Assembly (NCBI GenBank): GCA_037142555.1
Contig: JBAXAJ010000003.1
Location: 13,589-77,588 of the forward strand
DNA: 64,000 bases
Direction: 5' to 3'
From: Candidatus Shapirobacteria bacterium
GTDB taxonomy: Bacteria > Patescibacteriota > Microgenomatia > UBA12405
Positions 47,506 through 57,534 of this stretch are shown piece after piece (the stretch's first letter is position 1; each line of letters starts with the position of its first letter). The notes beneath the pieces were generated by a model, which was not told the DNA's origin, did not search any database, and was given only the letters and a program-made list of their open reading frames with translations. A program made the translations under genes and the position numbers.

Positions 47506-47835
47506 ATGAAAAAAAAAATAAAAACCAGATTCACCCTAAAATCATTAATTAGACTAATAATCTTTTTAGCCATAATCTATCTTCTAATAAGCTTCATTTC
47601 TCTCCAAAAACCACTTAAAATACCAACTTTTAATAACCCAAATAAAGTTGAGAATATAAACTTAAATCCAAATATAGATCTAGGTCAAAATCAAGCAATG
47701 ATTTTTATCCAAGATAAATTTAATGAACTTAAAAAATTAAGTGAAGGCTTCCCTCAAAAACAAATCAAAGAAATCCAAAAAATGGTAGTTAAAAACATTT
47801 ATGATGATACGATAAAAAAGATCGATTCTAATTAA
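47506..47835 (+). CDS. hypothetical membrane-anchored protein
   Basis: 109 aa with an N-terminal hydrophobic helix. Confidence 0.35.
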   Translation: MKKKIKTRFTLKSLIRLIIFLAIIYLLISFISLQKPLKIPTFNNPNKVENINLNPNIDLGQNQAMIFIQDKFNELKKLSEGFPQKQIKEIQKMVVKNIYDDTIKKIDSN

Positions 47836-47837
47836 TA

Positions 47838-48911
47838 ATGGCCTTAATATCCGAATTTAAAACAAAACTAGAAGTACTTAAAAGCAAATTGTCCTATCAA
47901 GATAATTTAACTAAATTAATTAATCTTAAAAAAGAATCAGAAAACCCTAACATCTGGGATAACCCTCAACTTGCTCAAGAAACCATGCAACAACTTTCAG
48001 ACCTTCAAAAAAGCGTTGATAATATTAAAGAAATTGAAACAGAAATCTTAAATCTAGAAGAATTTGAAACTCTATTAAAAGATCAATCAGAAAAATCACT
48101 AGAAGATGAACTAAATAATTCACTAGAACTATTAGAGAAGAAAATCAAAAGCCTAGAACTCCAAACTTATCTATCAGGCAAATATGACTCTAAGAGTGCC
48201 TTATTTTCAATTCACTCTGGTCAAGGTGGAACTGAAGCCATGGATTGGGCCGCCATGCTTCAAAGAATGTACATGAAATATTTCGACAAAAAAGGCTGGA
48301 AATATGAAGTTCTTGATATTCTTCCTGGAGAAGAAGCTGGAATCAAAGCTGTCTATCTAAAAATTAATCAAGCTTTCTCTTATGGTTATTTAAAAAATGA
48401 AGATGGTGTCCACCGTCTAGTCAGACTTTCTCCCTTCAATGCCGACCAATTAAGACAAACTTCTTTTGCAAAAGTTGAAGTTGCTCCATTCATTGACAAC
48501 AGTTCTGATATAAAAATCAGTCCTGATGATATTGAATTTTCTGCCTATCGATCTGGTGGTTCTGGTGGTCAAAACGTCAACAAAGTCAGCACTGCTGTCA
48601 GAATTGTTCATAAACCAACTGGGATTGTGGTCACTTGTCAAAGTCAACGGTCTCAAGATCAAAACCGAGAATTAGCCATGCAAATGTTAAATTCTAAACT
48701 GTGTATTCTCGAAGAAGAAAAACAAAATAAAGAAAAGAAAGATATAAAAGGGGACAACATTTTAGCTGGATTTGGCCACCAAATCAGATCTTATGTTCTA
48801 CACCCTTATAAAATGATTAAAGACCTTCGAACCCGTTATGAAACCTCAGACACCATTGGTGTCCTAGATGGAGACCTTGACGCCTTCATAGAAGCTGAAT
48901 TAAAATTATAA
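47838..48911 (+). CDS. prfB: peptide chain release factor 2 (unshifted single ORF)
   Basis: SPF tripeptide (LSPFNADQ) specific to RF2 and a GGQ motif ([11 protein letters not shown]). The frame is continuous from the ATG with no +1 frameshift site. Confidence 0.85.
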   Translation: MALISEFKTKLEVLKSKLSYQDNLTKLINLKKESENPNIWDNPQLAQETMQQLSDLQKSVDNIKEIETEILNLEEFETLLKDQSEKSLEDELNNSLELLEKKIKSLELQTYLSGKYDSKSALFSIHSGQGGTEAMDWAAMLQRMYMKYFDKKGWKYEVLDILPGEEAGIKAVYLKINQAFSYGYLKNEDGVHRLVRLSPFNADQLRQTSFAKVEVAPFIDNSSDIKISPDDIEFSAYRSGGSGGQNVNKVSTAVRIVHKPTGIVVTCQSQRSQDQNRELAMQMLNSKLCILEEEKQNKEKKDIKGDNILAGFGHQIRSYVLHPYKMIKDLRTRYETSDTIGVLDGDLDAFIEAELKL

Positions 48912-48959
48912 TAATTCTGTTACAATTAATTATTAGCTATTAATTATTAATTAAATAAT

Positions 48960-49439
48960 ATGGATATTCCAAATTTATCTCAACCAATTCAAGAACCAAT
49001 CAAAGCTAAAATATTTTCACCATCAGTTTTGATAATAATATTAGCCCTAGCTATCACGTCCGGCTTTTTCATCTCAAGATTTTTCCCTAGCACCAAAGCT
49101 TCTCTAGTCATTGATGACATCCAACAAAATGCCAGCGGTGCCATTTCAGCTGACACTATTAAAAATAAGGAAGACATCCAAGCAGGTAAACTCTATGGAA
49201 ATGTCGGTGGAACTTTCAAAGATTCTGCCACTGGAACCATCGAAGCTGGAAATATTAACGGAGTTGGAACCCACATTTTAAACAGAGATGGTGGAATTTC
49301 TCAAAGAGCTGCTCTAACTTCTGCCACAGTTGATCTAGATCTATTTGTTGGCCGTAAAGTTGAAATCAAAGGTGAAACTAATGCTTCAACAAAAGTTGGT
49401 TGGTTACTAGATGTCGGCAACATAAAAGTCCTCGAATAA
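48960..49439 (+). CDS. hypothetical membrane-anchored protein
   Basis: 159 aa with an N-terminal TM helix and a Gly/Thr-rich extracytoplasmic domain. Confidence 0.35.
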   Translation: MDIPNLSQPIQEPIKAKIFSPSVLIIILALAITSGFFISRFFPSTKASLVIDDIQQNASGAISADTIKNKEDIQAGKLYGNVGGTFKDSATGTIEAGNINGVGTHILNRDGGISQRAALTSATVDLDLFVGRKVEIKGETNASTKVGWLLDVGNIKVLE

Positions 49440-49442
49440 AAT

Positions 49443-50159
49443 ATGAGAATAAAATTTGATCAAGTTAATAAAGATTACGGTTCAATAAGTGCTCTAAAAG
49501 ATTTTACTTTAGACGTTGAACCTGGTGAATTTATCTTTATTGTTGGTCATTCTGGAGCTGGAAAGTCAACAATTCTAAAATTAATTTTGAATCAAATCAA
49601 TCCAAGTTCAGGAGAAGTAATGATTGATGATATTTATCTTAATAATGGTAAAAAAGAAGAAATAGACCATATCCGAAAAAAAATTGGTGTAATTTTCCAA
49701 GACTATCAATTAATTACAGACAAAACAGTTGAAGAAAACATTGGCATTTGTCTTGATATTGTTGAATTCCCAAAAGACCAAATTCTCTCAAAAATTGATG
49801 ATGTAATTAAAAAAGTAGACCTACAAGATCGACGTAATCTTTTCCCAGCTCAACTATCAGGTGGTGAACTCCAAAGAGCTGCCCTAGCTCGAGCTCTAGC
49901 AGTTGAACCAAGAATAATTCTAGCTGATGAACCAACCGGAAATCTTGACATGGATAATTCTTGGAATTTAATTAAACTCTTAAAAGACATTAATGAAAAC
50001 GAAAAAACAACAATAATCATGACTACTCATGACATGAGCATCATTGATTCACTAAATAAAAGAGTCATTAAACTCGAAAATGGAGAAATGATGGAAGATA
50101 AAAAAGAAATTAAAACTGAAAAAAAAGCTAAAAAAAATATAAGTTCAAAAAAAGAATGA
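49443..50159 (+). CDS. ftsE: cell-division ABC ATPase FtsE
   Basis: GHSGAGKST Walker A, LSGGELQRAALARAL signature and ILADEPTGNLD Walker B within 238 aa, located upstream of ftsX. Confidence 0.85.
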   Translation: MRIKFDQVNKDYGSISALKDFTLDVEPGEFIFIVGHSGAGKSTILKLILNQINPSSGEVMIDDIYLNNGKKEEIDHIRKKIGVIFQDYQLITDKTVEENIGICLDIVEFPKDQILSKIDDVIKKVDLQDRRNLFPAQLSGGELQRAALARALAVEPRIILADEPTGNLDMDNSWNLIKLLKDINENEKTTIIMTTHDMSIIDSLNKRVIKLENGEMMEDKKEIKTEKKAKKNISSKKE

Positions 50160-51028
50160 CCATCCTAAAAACAACTTGGCATCACATCAGAAGATCACCT
50201 TTCCAAAGCATGGTAGCAATCATCGCCATGATCGCTTGTTTCTTCGCTATTTCTTTCTATGCCATCATCAGTGATGGTCTATCCACAGTCATAAAATACT
50301 TTGAAACTAAACCTGAAGTAACTATCTTTTTAAAAGATGGGCTTGACACTAACGCCATCCAAACCATTCAAAAAGACCTAGCTTCCTACCCAAATGTCAA
50401 AGAAACTAAATACATTTCCAAAGAAAAAGCTCTCTCTATATATAAAGAACAAAATAAAGACAACCCAATGTTAACCGAAATGGTCACCGCCAGCATTCTG
50501 CCAGCTTCTTTTGAAATAATTGTTTCCGATCCAAAAGTTCTAGAACAGATTTATCAAAATTACTCATCAAAAACCAACATTGTTGATGAAGTTATCTATC
50601 AAAAAGATGTCATTAAATCTCTCTTAGAGTGGACTGAAATTATCAAAAGAATAGGGATTTCTATTGCCTTAATAATCGGTTCAATTTCATTTTTAACAGT
50701 TTTCACAATAATCGGGATGAAAGTAACCAATCGAAAAGAAGAAATTCGCATTAGTCGTCTTCTTGGAGCCTCTGCTTTCTATGTCAAAAAACCATTTCTA
50801 CTTGAAGGCATGATCTATGGTGTCACTGGTGCATTAGTTGGTTCACTTTTAAGTTTCATTATTATTACTATTTTAAGATCAAAAATAAACTCATTTTTTG
50901 ATCCAATAATCTTCATCACCAATAAACCTAGTTTCTATCTCCTTGTCTTATCATCTGAAATTCTGCTTGGTTTGATATTAGGTTTTGTCGCCAGTTGGAT
51001 TGGTGCCAGAAGATATATAAAGTTCTAG
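50156..51028 (+). CDS. ftsX: cell-division permease FtsX
   Basis: 290 aa with one N-terminal TM helix, a large extracytoplasmic loop and three C-terminal TM helices, overlapping ftsE by 4 nt. Confidence 0.8.
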   Translation: MTILKTTWHHIRRSPFQSMVAIIAMIACFFAISFYAIISDGLSTVIKYFETKPEVTIFLKDGLDTNAIQTIQKDLASYPNVKETKYISKEKALSIYKEQNKDNPMLTEMVTASILPASFEIIVSDPKVLEQIYQNYSSKTNIVDEVIYQKDVIKSLLEWTEIIKRIGISIALIIGSISFLTVFTIIGMKVTNRKEEIRISRLLGASAFYVKKPFLLEGMIYGVTGALVGSLLSFIIITILRSKINSFFDPIIFITNKPSFYLLVLSSEILLGLILGFVASWIGARRYIKF

Positions 51029-51037
51029 TAAATCTAG

Positions 51038-52243
51038 ATGACTAAAAAAATATTAATAATTCTTGTCTTATTTTCAAGCCTTTTTTTTTCTAGGCCTAAT
51101 CTAATTTTTGCCGAAGACACTGTCGACTCACTCTCAGCTAAAATTGCAGAATATAGCACAAAATTAACAGAACTTAGTAAATCCAAAAACACTCTAGCCA
51201 ATCAAATTAAAATAATTGATTCAAATGTTGAGTTAACTCAACTTAAAATTACTCAAACAGAAACTAGCATCAAAACTCTAGATGAAGAAATAAATAATTT
51301 ATCTGGCAAAATTGGTCAATTAGATATCTATTTAAACCAACTATCATCTGCTTACATTGTTCAAGTCAGTCAAAATTATAAACTTCAAAAAAGAATTCCT
51401 TCTTTTGCCCTATTTTTCACATCCAGATTTAATAATTTCTTAAATGAATATAAATACCTAGCCACTGTTCAAAAAAACAATCAGGAAAACTTAGTAACTA
51501 TTGAAACAACCAGAACTACTTATGACATTCAAAAAACTGAAAAATCTAAAAAACAAGCTGAAATGGAAGCCTTAAAAAAGACACTAGCTTCTCAACAAAT
51601 AAGTCTTGATAAACAAAAGAAATCTAAAAATATTCTTCTCGAAGCCACTAAAAACGACGAAAGAAATTATCAACAACTACTTTCCCAAGCTCGAGCTCAA
51701 TTAAATGGTTTAAGAAACTTCTCAAGCAGTGCTGGAGGTGGTTCTTGTCTATCAGCATCTCCAGGTAGAGGCAGTGATGGCAATTTCTATTCACAAAGAG
51801 ATCCAAGTTGGTGTCATCAAGTTATTGGTATTTCTAACGACTCTCAAGACACAATTGGAAGCATCGGATGTTATATAAGCAGTCTTTCTATGGTTTTCAA
51901 AAAAGCTGGTTCAGGCATGAATCCATCATCTTATGCTTCGAACCCAGACAATTTTGGTTCAATTCCTAGCTCATACATGTTAGTCAGAAATCCGCCATCA
52001 ATTCCTTCTGGATATAGTTTTAGGCAAACAAGTTACAGTACTAACACAGTTGACAATGAGCTTAAAAGTGGTCGCTATGTAATTGCTGAACTATCAGCTT
52101 TTGCTGGAACTCACTTTGTTGTCATAATCAGTGGCAGTGGCGGTTCCTACAAAATACATGATCCTTGGTATGGCCCAGATATGAGTCTAAATGATCACTA
52201 TGGAACTTCTCTAATCAGAAGTCTTCGTTTAATTACCAAATAA
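51038..52243 (+). CDS. secreted coiled-coil protein with C-terminal C39-like cysteine-peptidase domain (PcsB/EnvC-analogous FtsEX partner)
   Basis: Signal peptide, then ~200 aa of heptad-rich coiled coil, then SQRDPSWCHQV...IGSIGCYISSLSMVF as the candidate nucleophile Cys and GTHFVVIISGSGGSYKIHDPWYG as the His. Confidence 0.55.
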   Translation: MTKKILIILVLFSSLFFSRPNLIFAEDTVDSLSAKIAEYSTKLTELSKSKNTLANQIKIIDSNVELTQLKITQTETSIKTLDEEINNLSGKIGQLDIYLNQLSSAYIVQVSQNYKLQKRIPSFALFFTSRFNNFLNEYKYLATVQKNNQENLVTIETTRTTYDIQKTEKSKKQAEMEALKKTLASQQISLDKQKKSKNILLEATKNDERNYQQLLSQARAQLNGLRNFSSSAGGGSCLSASPGRGSDGNFYSQRDPSWCHQVIGISNDSQDTIGSIGCYISSLSMVFKKAGSGMNPSSYASNPDNFGSIPSSYMLVRNPPSIPSGYSFRQTSYSTNTVDNELKSGRYVIAELSAFAGTHFVVIISGSGGSYKIHDPWYGPDMSLNDHYGTSLIRSLRLITK

Positions 52244-52271
52244 AAATCCCCCACAAAAGCAGGGGATTTTT
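52242..52271. terminator. bidirectional intrinsic terminator between convergent genes
   Basis: AAAAATCCCC-(10-nt loop)-GGGGATTTTT forms a 10-bp stem flanked by an A-run and a T-run. A second, weaker AGAGG/CCTCT hairpin follows at 52275-52296. Confidence 0.65.
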
Positions 52272-52282
52272 AAAAGAGAGGT

Positions 52283-52906
52283 TTAAAAACCTCTTACAAA
52301 TTTTCTCAAATAGAATCCACCAGTTCCAAGTCCTAAGACTAAGGCTGTTTGGATAATCAAAGCACTATTTCCAGTTTTTGGAACTTCAGATTTACCGATG
52401 AAGTAACTAGCATTATCGCTATCACTTAAACCATCGACTTTAACTTCAACATTATTAGTTTCTTTAGTTAAAACATTAAGTTGAGTAGAATTTTGGATTT
52501 TAACTCTGATTAAATAATCTTTAGATTGACCTGGGTCTAATTTATCAATAGTCCATTCAACAGTATTATTATCTTTATTAAAGTTTCCTGGATTAAAAAT
52601 TAAACCTAAATATTTTGGCAACATATCTTTAACATTAATATTGTTTAAAGTTTGATTACCGATATTCTCGACTTTAATTTGGAATTCTAAAACATCTTTT
52701 TCAAAAAAAGTTCTCTTAGAAGCTTCAATATTATCGACATATTGAGAGCCGTCAATAGATCTAAGTTTTTTATCAACAGAGACTTCTTTCTTGTTTTCAC
52801 CTTGAGAATAATATTGAGCGTTTGCTTTAGTTGGTTTAACTAAAGATAAAGCCAATATGATCAAAGCGACCACAGCTATACTTATAGATAAGATTTTATT
52901 TTTCAT
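52283..52906 (-). CDS. secreted surface protein with C-terminal sortase sorting signal (VPKTG, hydrophobic segment, RKFVRGF)
   Basis: N-terminal signal peptide, then a beta-rich repeat-like middle region, then SEVPKTGNSALIIQTALVLGLGTGGFYLRKFVRGF. This is an LPXTG-type motif followed by a TM helix and a positively charged tail. Confidence 0.6.
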   Translation of the reverse strand: MKNKILSISIAVVALIILALSLVKPTKANAQYYSQGENKKEVSVDKKLRSIDGSQYVDNIEASKRTFFEKDVLEFQIKVENIGNQTLNNINVKDMLPKYLGLIFNPGNFNKDNNTVEWTIDKLDPGQSKDYLIRVKIQNSTQLNVLTKETNNVEVKVDGLSDSDNASYFIGKSEVPKTGNSALIIQTALVLGLGTGGFYLRKFVRGF

Positions 52907-52998
52907 TTATATGTGTTAATAATTTAATTATAGGACATTATATGTCCAAATAGGCTATTTGTCAAGTAAAAATCTAATAATTTTCTTTTTAAACTTTT

Positions 52999-53745
52999 TT
53001 GTCTTATACTCTACCTATGAATAAATTTTTAATAACTGAGCTTTCAGTTTTTTTCCCTTGCTATAACGAAGAGAAAAACATTAAAAATACTGTTCAAAAA
53101 ACTATTCCTATTCTCAAAGAGAATGCCCAAAAATGGGAAATAATTCTAATTAATGATGGTTCAAGAGACAACACTGCTAAAGTTCTAGAAGAAATTAGAA
53201 AAGAATATCCAACTCAAATTAAAATAATAACCCACAACCCTAATCGTGGCTATGGAGCTTCTCTTAAAAGTGGTCTCTATAATGCTAAATATCAATGGAT
53301 AGCCTTCACAGACGCCGATGGTCAGTTTGATTTCACTGAAGTCACTAAACTCATCAAACAACAACAAAAGACCAACTCAGACATTGTTATTGGCTATTAC
53401 TTAGCTAGACAGGTCTCTAAGGCTGCAATTTTTACCTCAAAAATTTGGGAGTTAATAGTATTTCTTCTTTTTGGTCTCCACGTCACCGACATAGATTGCG
53501 GTTTCAAATTGATCAATAAAAAAGTCATAGATACTATCCCAAAATTAGAAGCCGAAAGGGGAGCTTTCATTAGTAGTGAATTTTTAATCAAATCTAAAAA
53601 AGCTGGATTCAAAATCACTGAAGTCAGTGTCCATCATTATCCTCGAGTTGAAGGCGAAGCTACCGGCAGAAATTTGAATGTAATATTTAAAAGTTTTTCT
53701 GACCTTTTCCGACTTTGGTTTAAAATTAATTTCAAAAATGCTTAA
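52999..53745 (+). CDS. GT2 glycosyltransferase (polyprenyl-phosphate sugar synthase-like)
   Basis: FPCYNEEKNI and INDGSRDNT, with a DAD-like FTDADGQ motif, resemble DPM1/GtrB/ArnC-type GT2 enzymes. Confidence 0.75.
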   Translation: MSYTLPMNKFLITELSVFFPCYNEEKNIKNTVQKTIPILKENAQKWEIILINDGSRDNTAKVLEEIRKEYPTQIKIITHNPNRGYGASLKSGLYNAKYQWIAFTDADGQFDFTEVTKLIKQQQKTNSDIVIGYYLARQVSKAAIFTSKIWELIVFLLFGLHVTDIDCGFKLINKKVIDTIPKLEAERGAFISSEFLIKSKKAGFKITEVSVHHYPRVEGEATGRNLNVIFKSFSDLFRLWFKINFKNA

Positions 53746-55216
53746 TTTTATTAAAAAGAACTATTTAATAATCGCCATTATTATAATTGCCGCCTTTTTC
53801 AGACTCTATAATATTGGCGGATATATGGAATTTCTAGGTGATCAAGGTCGTGATGTTTCTATTATCAGAAACTTTTTAACTAAAGGCGATTTATTCTTCA
53901 TCGGCCCTCAAACTAGCGTTGGAAACATGTATCTCGGCCCATATTTCTATTACCTAATTGCTCCAAGCCTACTTTTATCTAATTTTAGTCCTCTTGGTCC
54001 AGCTATATTCATTGCTTTAATCAACATAGCCACAGTTTTCTTAATTTTTCTAATCACCAAAAAATGGTTTGATTCAAAAACTGCCTACATTGCCGCCTTT
54101 TTATATGCCATATCTCCAGTAGTAATAAAATATTCAAACTTCATCTGGAACCCAAATATAATGCCTTTTTTTGCCCTTCTATTTATTTATTTTGTTTCCG
54201 AAGCTCTCTTACATAATAAACATAAACATCTAATTTATGCCTCATTAGCCTTCATAATGGCCATTAATTCCCATTACCTAGCTCTAGCACTTCTTCTGCC
54301 AGCTGGTCTTTTTTGGCTCTTTAATTTAATTAAATTTATTAAAAGTAAATCAAAAGAAATTAAACCATTTTTAATTAATACCTTATTTGCGGTAATTATT
54401 TTTATAATATCTCTAACTCCACAAATTCTTTTTGATATTAAACATAATGGTCAAAATATTAAATCAATCTTAACTTTTTTCAATCACAACGATTCTGGCA
54501 TCAAAATAAAACCATTCGAAACTATTAACAAAACCCCAATTTTGTTTAACCAAATTAATACTCGTCTCCTAGCTGGCAAAAACGAAACAGTTGGTCTAAT
54601 AATCAGTATTATTTTTATTATTGGAATTATCTATATTTTTTCTAAAAAAAATCTACGACCTAAAATATCTAATTTATATTTTGTTTTAGTTTGGTATTTA
54701 AGTGGATTAGTATCTTTAGTTCTCTATGGTCAATACATTAATGATCATTATCTATCTTTTCTTTTTCCAGCGGTTTTCATACTAATTGCTTATTTGATTT
54801 CTAAAAACAAAGTTATTGGAATTCCGCTCTTTATTTTAATAACTGTCTTTTCTCTTCTAAATAATCCTTTCCGTTGGTCACCAAACAATCAATTAAGAAC
54901 TGACACTCAAATTGCCGATTTAATAATTTCTAATTCCAACAATCAAGATTTTAATTTTGCCCTACTTGCCAAACAAAATTATGATCCACCATATAGATAC
55001 ATTTTAAATAGCAAAAAAGCTAAGATAGTCGATCTCCCTCAAAATCTAGCAGACCAATTATTTGTCGTTTGTGAACCTTTTAAAATAGATTGTAACCCTA
55101 TTAATAATCCAGAATGGTCAATTGCCGCTTTCGGTTGGGCTAAAATAGAAAATCAATGGGAAATCAGTGGGATTAAAGTTTTCAAGCTTGTTCATAATTT
55201 AGATAACAAAAAATAA
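53738..55216 (+). CDS. GT-C membrane glycosyltransferase (ArnT/PMT, GT39/83-like)
   Basis: 492 aa with more than 10 TM helices and an N-terminal FRLYNIGGYMEFLGDQGRD loop like the ArnT/PMT first periplasmic loop. It overlaps the preceding GT2 gene by 8 nt. Confidence 0.55.
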   Translation: MLNFIKKNYLIIAIIIIAAFFRLYNIGGYMEFLGDQGRDVSIIRNFLTKGDLFFIGPQTSVGNMYLGPYFYYLIAPSLLLSNFSPLGPAIFIALINIATVFLIFLITKKWFDSKTAYIAAFLYAISPVVIKYSNFIWNPNIMPFFALLFIYFVSEALLHNKHKHLIYASLAFIMAINSHYLALALLLPAGLFWLFNLIKFIKSKSKEIKPFLINTLFAVIIFIISLTPQILFDIKHNGQNIKSILTFFNHNDSGIKIKPFETINKTPILFNQINTRLLAGKNETVGLIISIIFIIGIIYIFSKKNLRPKISNLYFVLVWYLSGLVSLVLYGQYINDHYLSFLFPAVFILIAYLISKNKVIGIPLFILITVFSLLNNPFRWSPNNQLRTDTQIADLIISNSNNQDFNFALLAKQNYDPPYRYILNSKKAKIVDLPQNLADQLFVVCEPFKIDCNPINNPEWSIAAFGWAKIENQWEISGIKVFKLVHNLDNKK

Positions 55217-55242
55217 AAAGAAAACCTTGTATAATCAAACAT

Positions 55243-56007
55243 ATGAAATCAATTTCTATAATAATTCCTTGCTATAACGAAGAAAATAATTTAAAAAATG
55301 GTGTTCTAAACGAAGTCTATGATTTTTTAAAAGATCAAAAATATACTTGGGAAGTAGTCATTTGCAATGATGAATCAACTGATAATAGCCTCAAATTAGT
55401 TCAAGATTTTGCTTCAAAACATAAAAACTTTAGAGTTCTAGATCTTCCACATGGAGGCAAACCATCAGCTGTTTGGGGTGGAATTCAAGAAGCTAAATAT
55501 CCGACCATTCTTTTTACCGATATGGATCAATCAACTCCGCTAAAAGAGTTAAATAAACTGTTACCATTTTTTGACAAAGATTATGATGTTGTAATTGGTT
55601 CTCGTGGTCATTCTCGTGAAGGTAATTCTCTAGTCAGAAAGATAATGGCTAAAGGTTTCCTTTTTGGTCGTCGTCTTTTTTTACTACCTAAGATAATTGA
55701 CACTCAATGTGGTTTTAAAGCCATGAAAACTGACCTAGCTAAACAAATATTCCCTAATCTTGAATTTTTCAAAAATAAATCTAAAAAAATTGGTTGGACA
55801 GTTTCTGCTTTTGATGTTGAACTTCTTTTTATAGCTCAAAAATGGGGTTACAAAATTAAAGAAGTTGAAGTTGAATGGAAAAATGAAGATTTAAGCACTA
55901 CAAAAGGGGACGATGGTGCTCGTTTCAAAAAAGAATCACAACAAATGCTTCAAGAGATAATTAGAGTTATCCGCAATGATTTTCAAGGCATCTATGATAA
56001 AAAATAA
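55243..56007 (+). CDS. GT2 glycosyltransferase (polyprenyl-phosphate sugar synthase-like)
   Basis: IPCYNEENNL, CNDESTDNS and FTDMDQS motifs. It is a paralogue of the 52999-53745 gene. Confidence 0.75.
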   Translation: MKSISIIIPCYNEENNLKNGVLNEVYDFLKDQKYTWEVVICNDESTDNSLKLVQDFASKHKNFRVLDLPHGGKPSAVWGGIQEAKYPTILFTDMDQSTPLKELNKLLPFFDKDYDVVIGSRGHSREGNSLVRKIMAKGFLFGRRLFLLPKIIDTQCGFKAMKTDLAKQIFPNLEFFKNKSKKIGWTVSAFDVELLFIAQKWGYKIKEVEVEWKNEDLSTTKGDDGARFKKESQQMLQEIIRVIRNDFQGIYDKK

Positions 56008-57532
56008 TTTTTTCAAATTTCTTCTTCTAATTTCAATTTGTGCCTTATATTTCTTTTCCCGACTCCAAAATCTAACTTCTATCCCTGTTTTTTGTGATGA
56101 AGGAATTTATATTCGTTGGTCTCAAATAATTAAGAGTGAAGAAACTCTCAGATTTATTCCTCAAACAGACGGTAAGCAACCACTATTCATGTGGTTAAAT
56201 GCCATCACTCTTAAATTTATAAATGATCCTCTAGTCAGTGGTCGAATTATCTCTGTTTTTGCTGGTTTTGGTCTACTTATATTATTGTTTATTTTGACTG
56301 CACTTTTCCTAAATTATGAAGATAAAGAAAAAAATATCTTTAAATTTATTAAAAATAGTTTTTCTAAAAACTTTTACCCCTCAATTCTAACTTCTCTAAT
56401 CTATTGTCTAATCCCTTTTTCTTTTTTCTTTGACAGAATGGCCACAGCTGATAACCTTTTGTCATTTTTTGGCCTTTTAGCTCTAATTTTTGCATTTTTA
56501 TTAGCAAAATATCCAAGATTAGACCTAGCTCTGATTCTCGGTTTTGTTCTTGGTTTATCTTGGCTCACCAAATCTCCAGCCATTTATTTTGTGGTTCTGT
56601 CTATTTTCACTTTTATAATTCTAAACATTAGAAAATTAAAACTAGTTTATCTACCAGTAATATCATCAATAGTAGCTTTTTTAATTTATAACATTCTTCG
56701 TCTTGGCCCTCAATTTCAAATGATTGCTCTCCGTAATAAAGATTATATTTGGTCTCTTTCTGAAGTTTTAAAACACCCTCTAGATCCTTTAATTCCTCAT
56801 TTAATAAATGCTTTTGATTTATATTTTAATTATATTTCTATTCCCTTAATCATTTTTTCTCTAGCTGGATTAATCTTTTATTTCAGAAGTTCTAAACAGG
56901 AAGTTAGAAACTGGAAATTTTTAATTCTCATTGCTTGGTGGATATTACCTTTAATAGCTAATTCAGCTTTGGCAAAAGTTTTTACTGCCAGATATGTTTT
57001 ATTCACTCTACCTCCTCTAATTATTCTAATTTCTATCGGCTTCTATACATTAATAACTAAGATTAAATCAAATTTATTAAAAACAATCTTAATTATTTCT
57101 GTTTTTATTTTAAATATAAATTTTATTTATAATTTATCAGTCAATCCTTTTAATCAAAAATTAGTATCTTCTGAACAAGGCTATCTTTCCGATTGGACAT
57201 CAGGTTGGGGAATTAAAGAAATTTCAGTTTATTTAAAAGAAAGAGCTAAAGAAAAGAATGTCATAGTTGGAACAGAAGGTTATTTTGGAACTCTCCCAGA
57301 TGGTCTTCAAATTTACACTAACAAAACTTCTAATTTAACCATTATCGGTGTTGGTCTAGGTTTTTCTAAAATTCCATCTAATTTAATCAATGCAAAAAAT
57401 TATGGCGATGAAGTTTATTTAATTATGAACCAATCAAGGCTCAATTTATCTCAAGAAGAAATGAATAAAGTAAAAATAATTAAAAAATATCCAAAACCAA
57501 ATAATGACAATTTATTATTAATTCAAATATAA
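55976..57532 (+). CDS. GT-C membrane glycosyltransferase (ArnT/PMT-like)
   Basis: 518 aa and polytopic, with PVFCDEGIYIRW carrying the GT-C DE motif in the first extracytoplasmic loop. Confidence 0.55.
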   Translation: MIFKASMIKNNFFKFLLLISICALYFFSRLQNLTSIPVFCDEGIYIRWSQIIKSEETLRFIPQTDGKQPLFMWLNAITLKFINDPLVSGRIISVFAGFGLLILLFILTALFLNYEDKEKNIFKFIKNSFSKNFYPSILTSLIYCLIPFSFFFDRMATADNLLSFFGLLALIFAFLLAKYPRLDLALILGFVLGLSWLTKSPAIYFVVLSIFTFIILNIRKLKLVYLPVISSIVAFLIYNILRLGPQFQMIALRNKDYIWSLSEVLKHPLDPLIPHLINAFDLYFNYISIPLIIFSLAGLIFYFRSSKQEVRNWKFLILIAWWILPLIANSALAKVFTARYVLFTLPPLIILISIGFYTLITKIKSNLLKTILIISVFILNINFIYNLSVNPFNQKLVSSEQGYLSDWTSGWGIKEISVYLKERAKEKNVIVGTEGYFGTLPDGLQIYTNKTSNLTIIGVGLGFSKIPSNLINAKNYGDEVYLIMNQSRLNLSQEEMNKVKIIKKYPKPNNDNLLLIQI

Positions 57533-57534
57533 AT

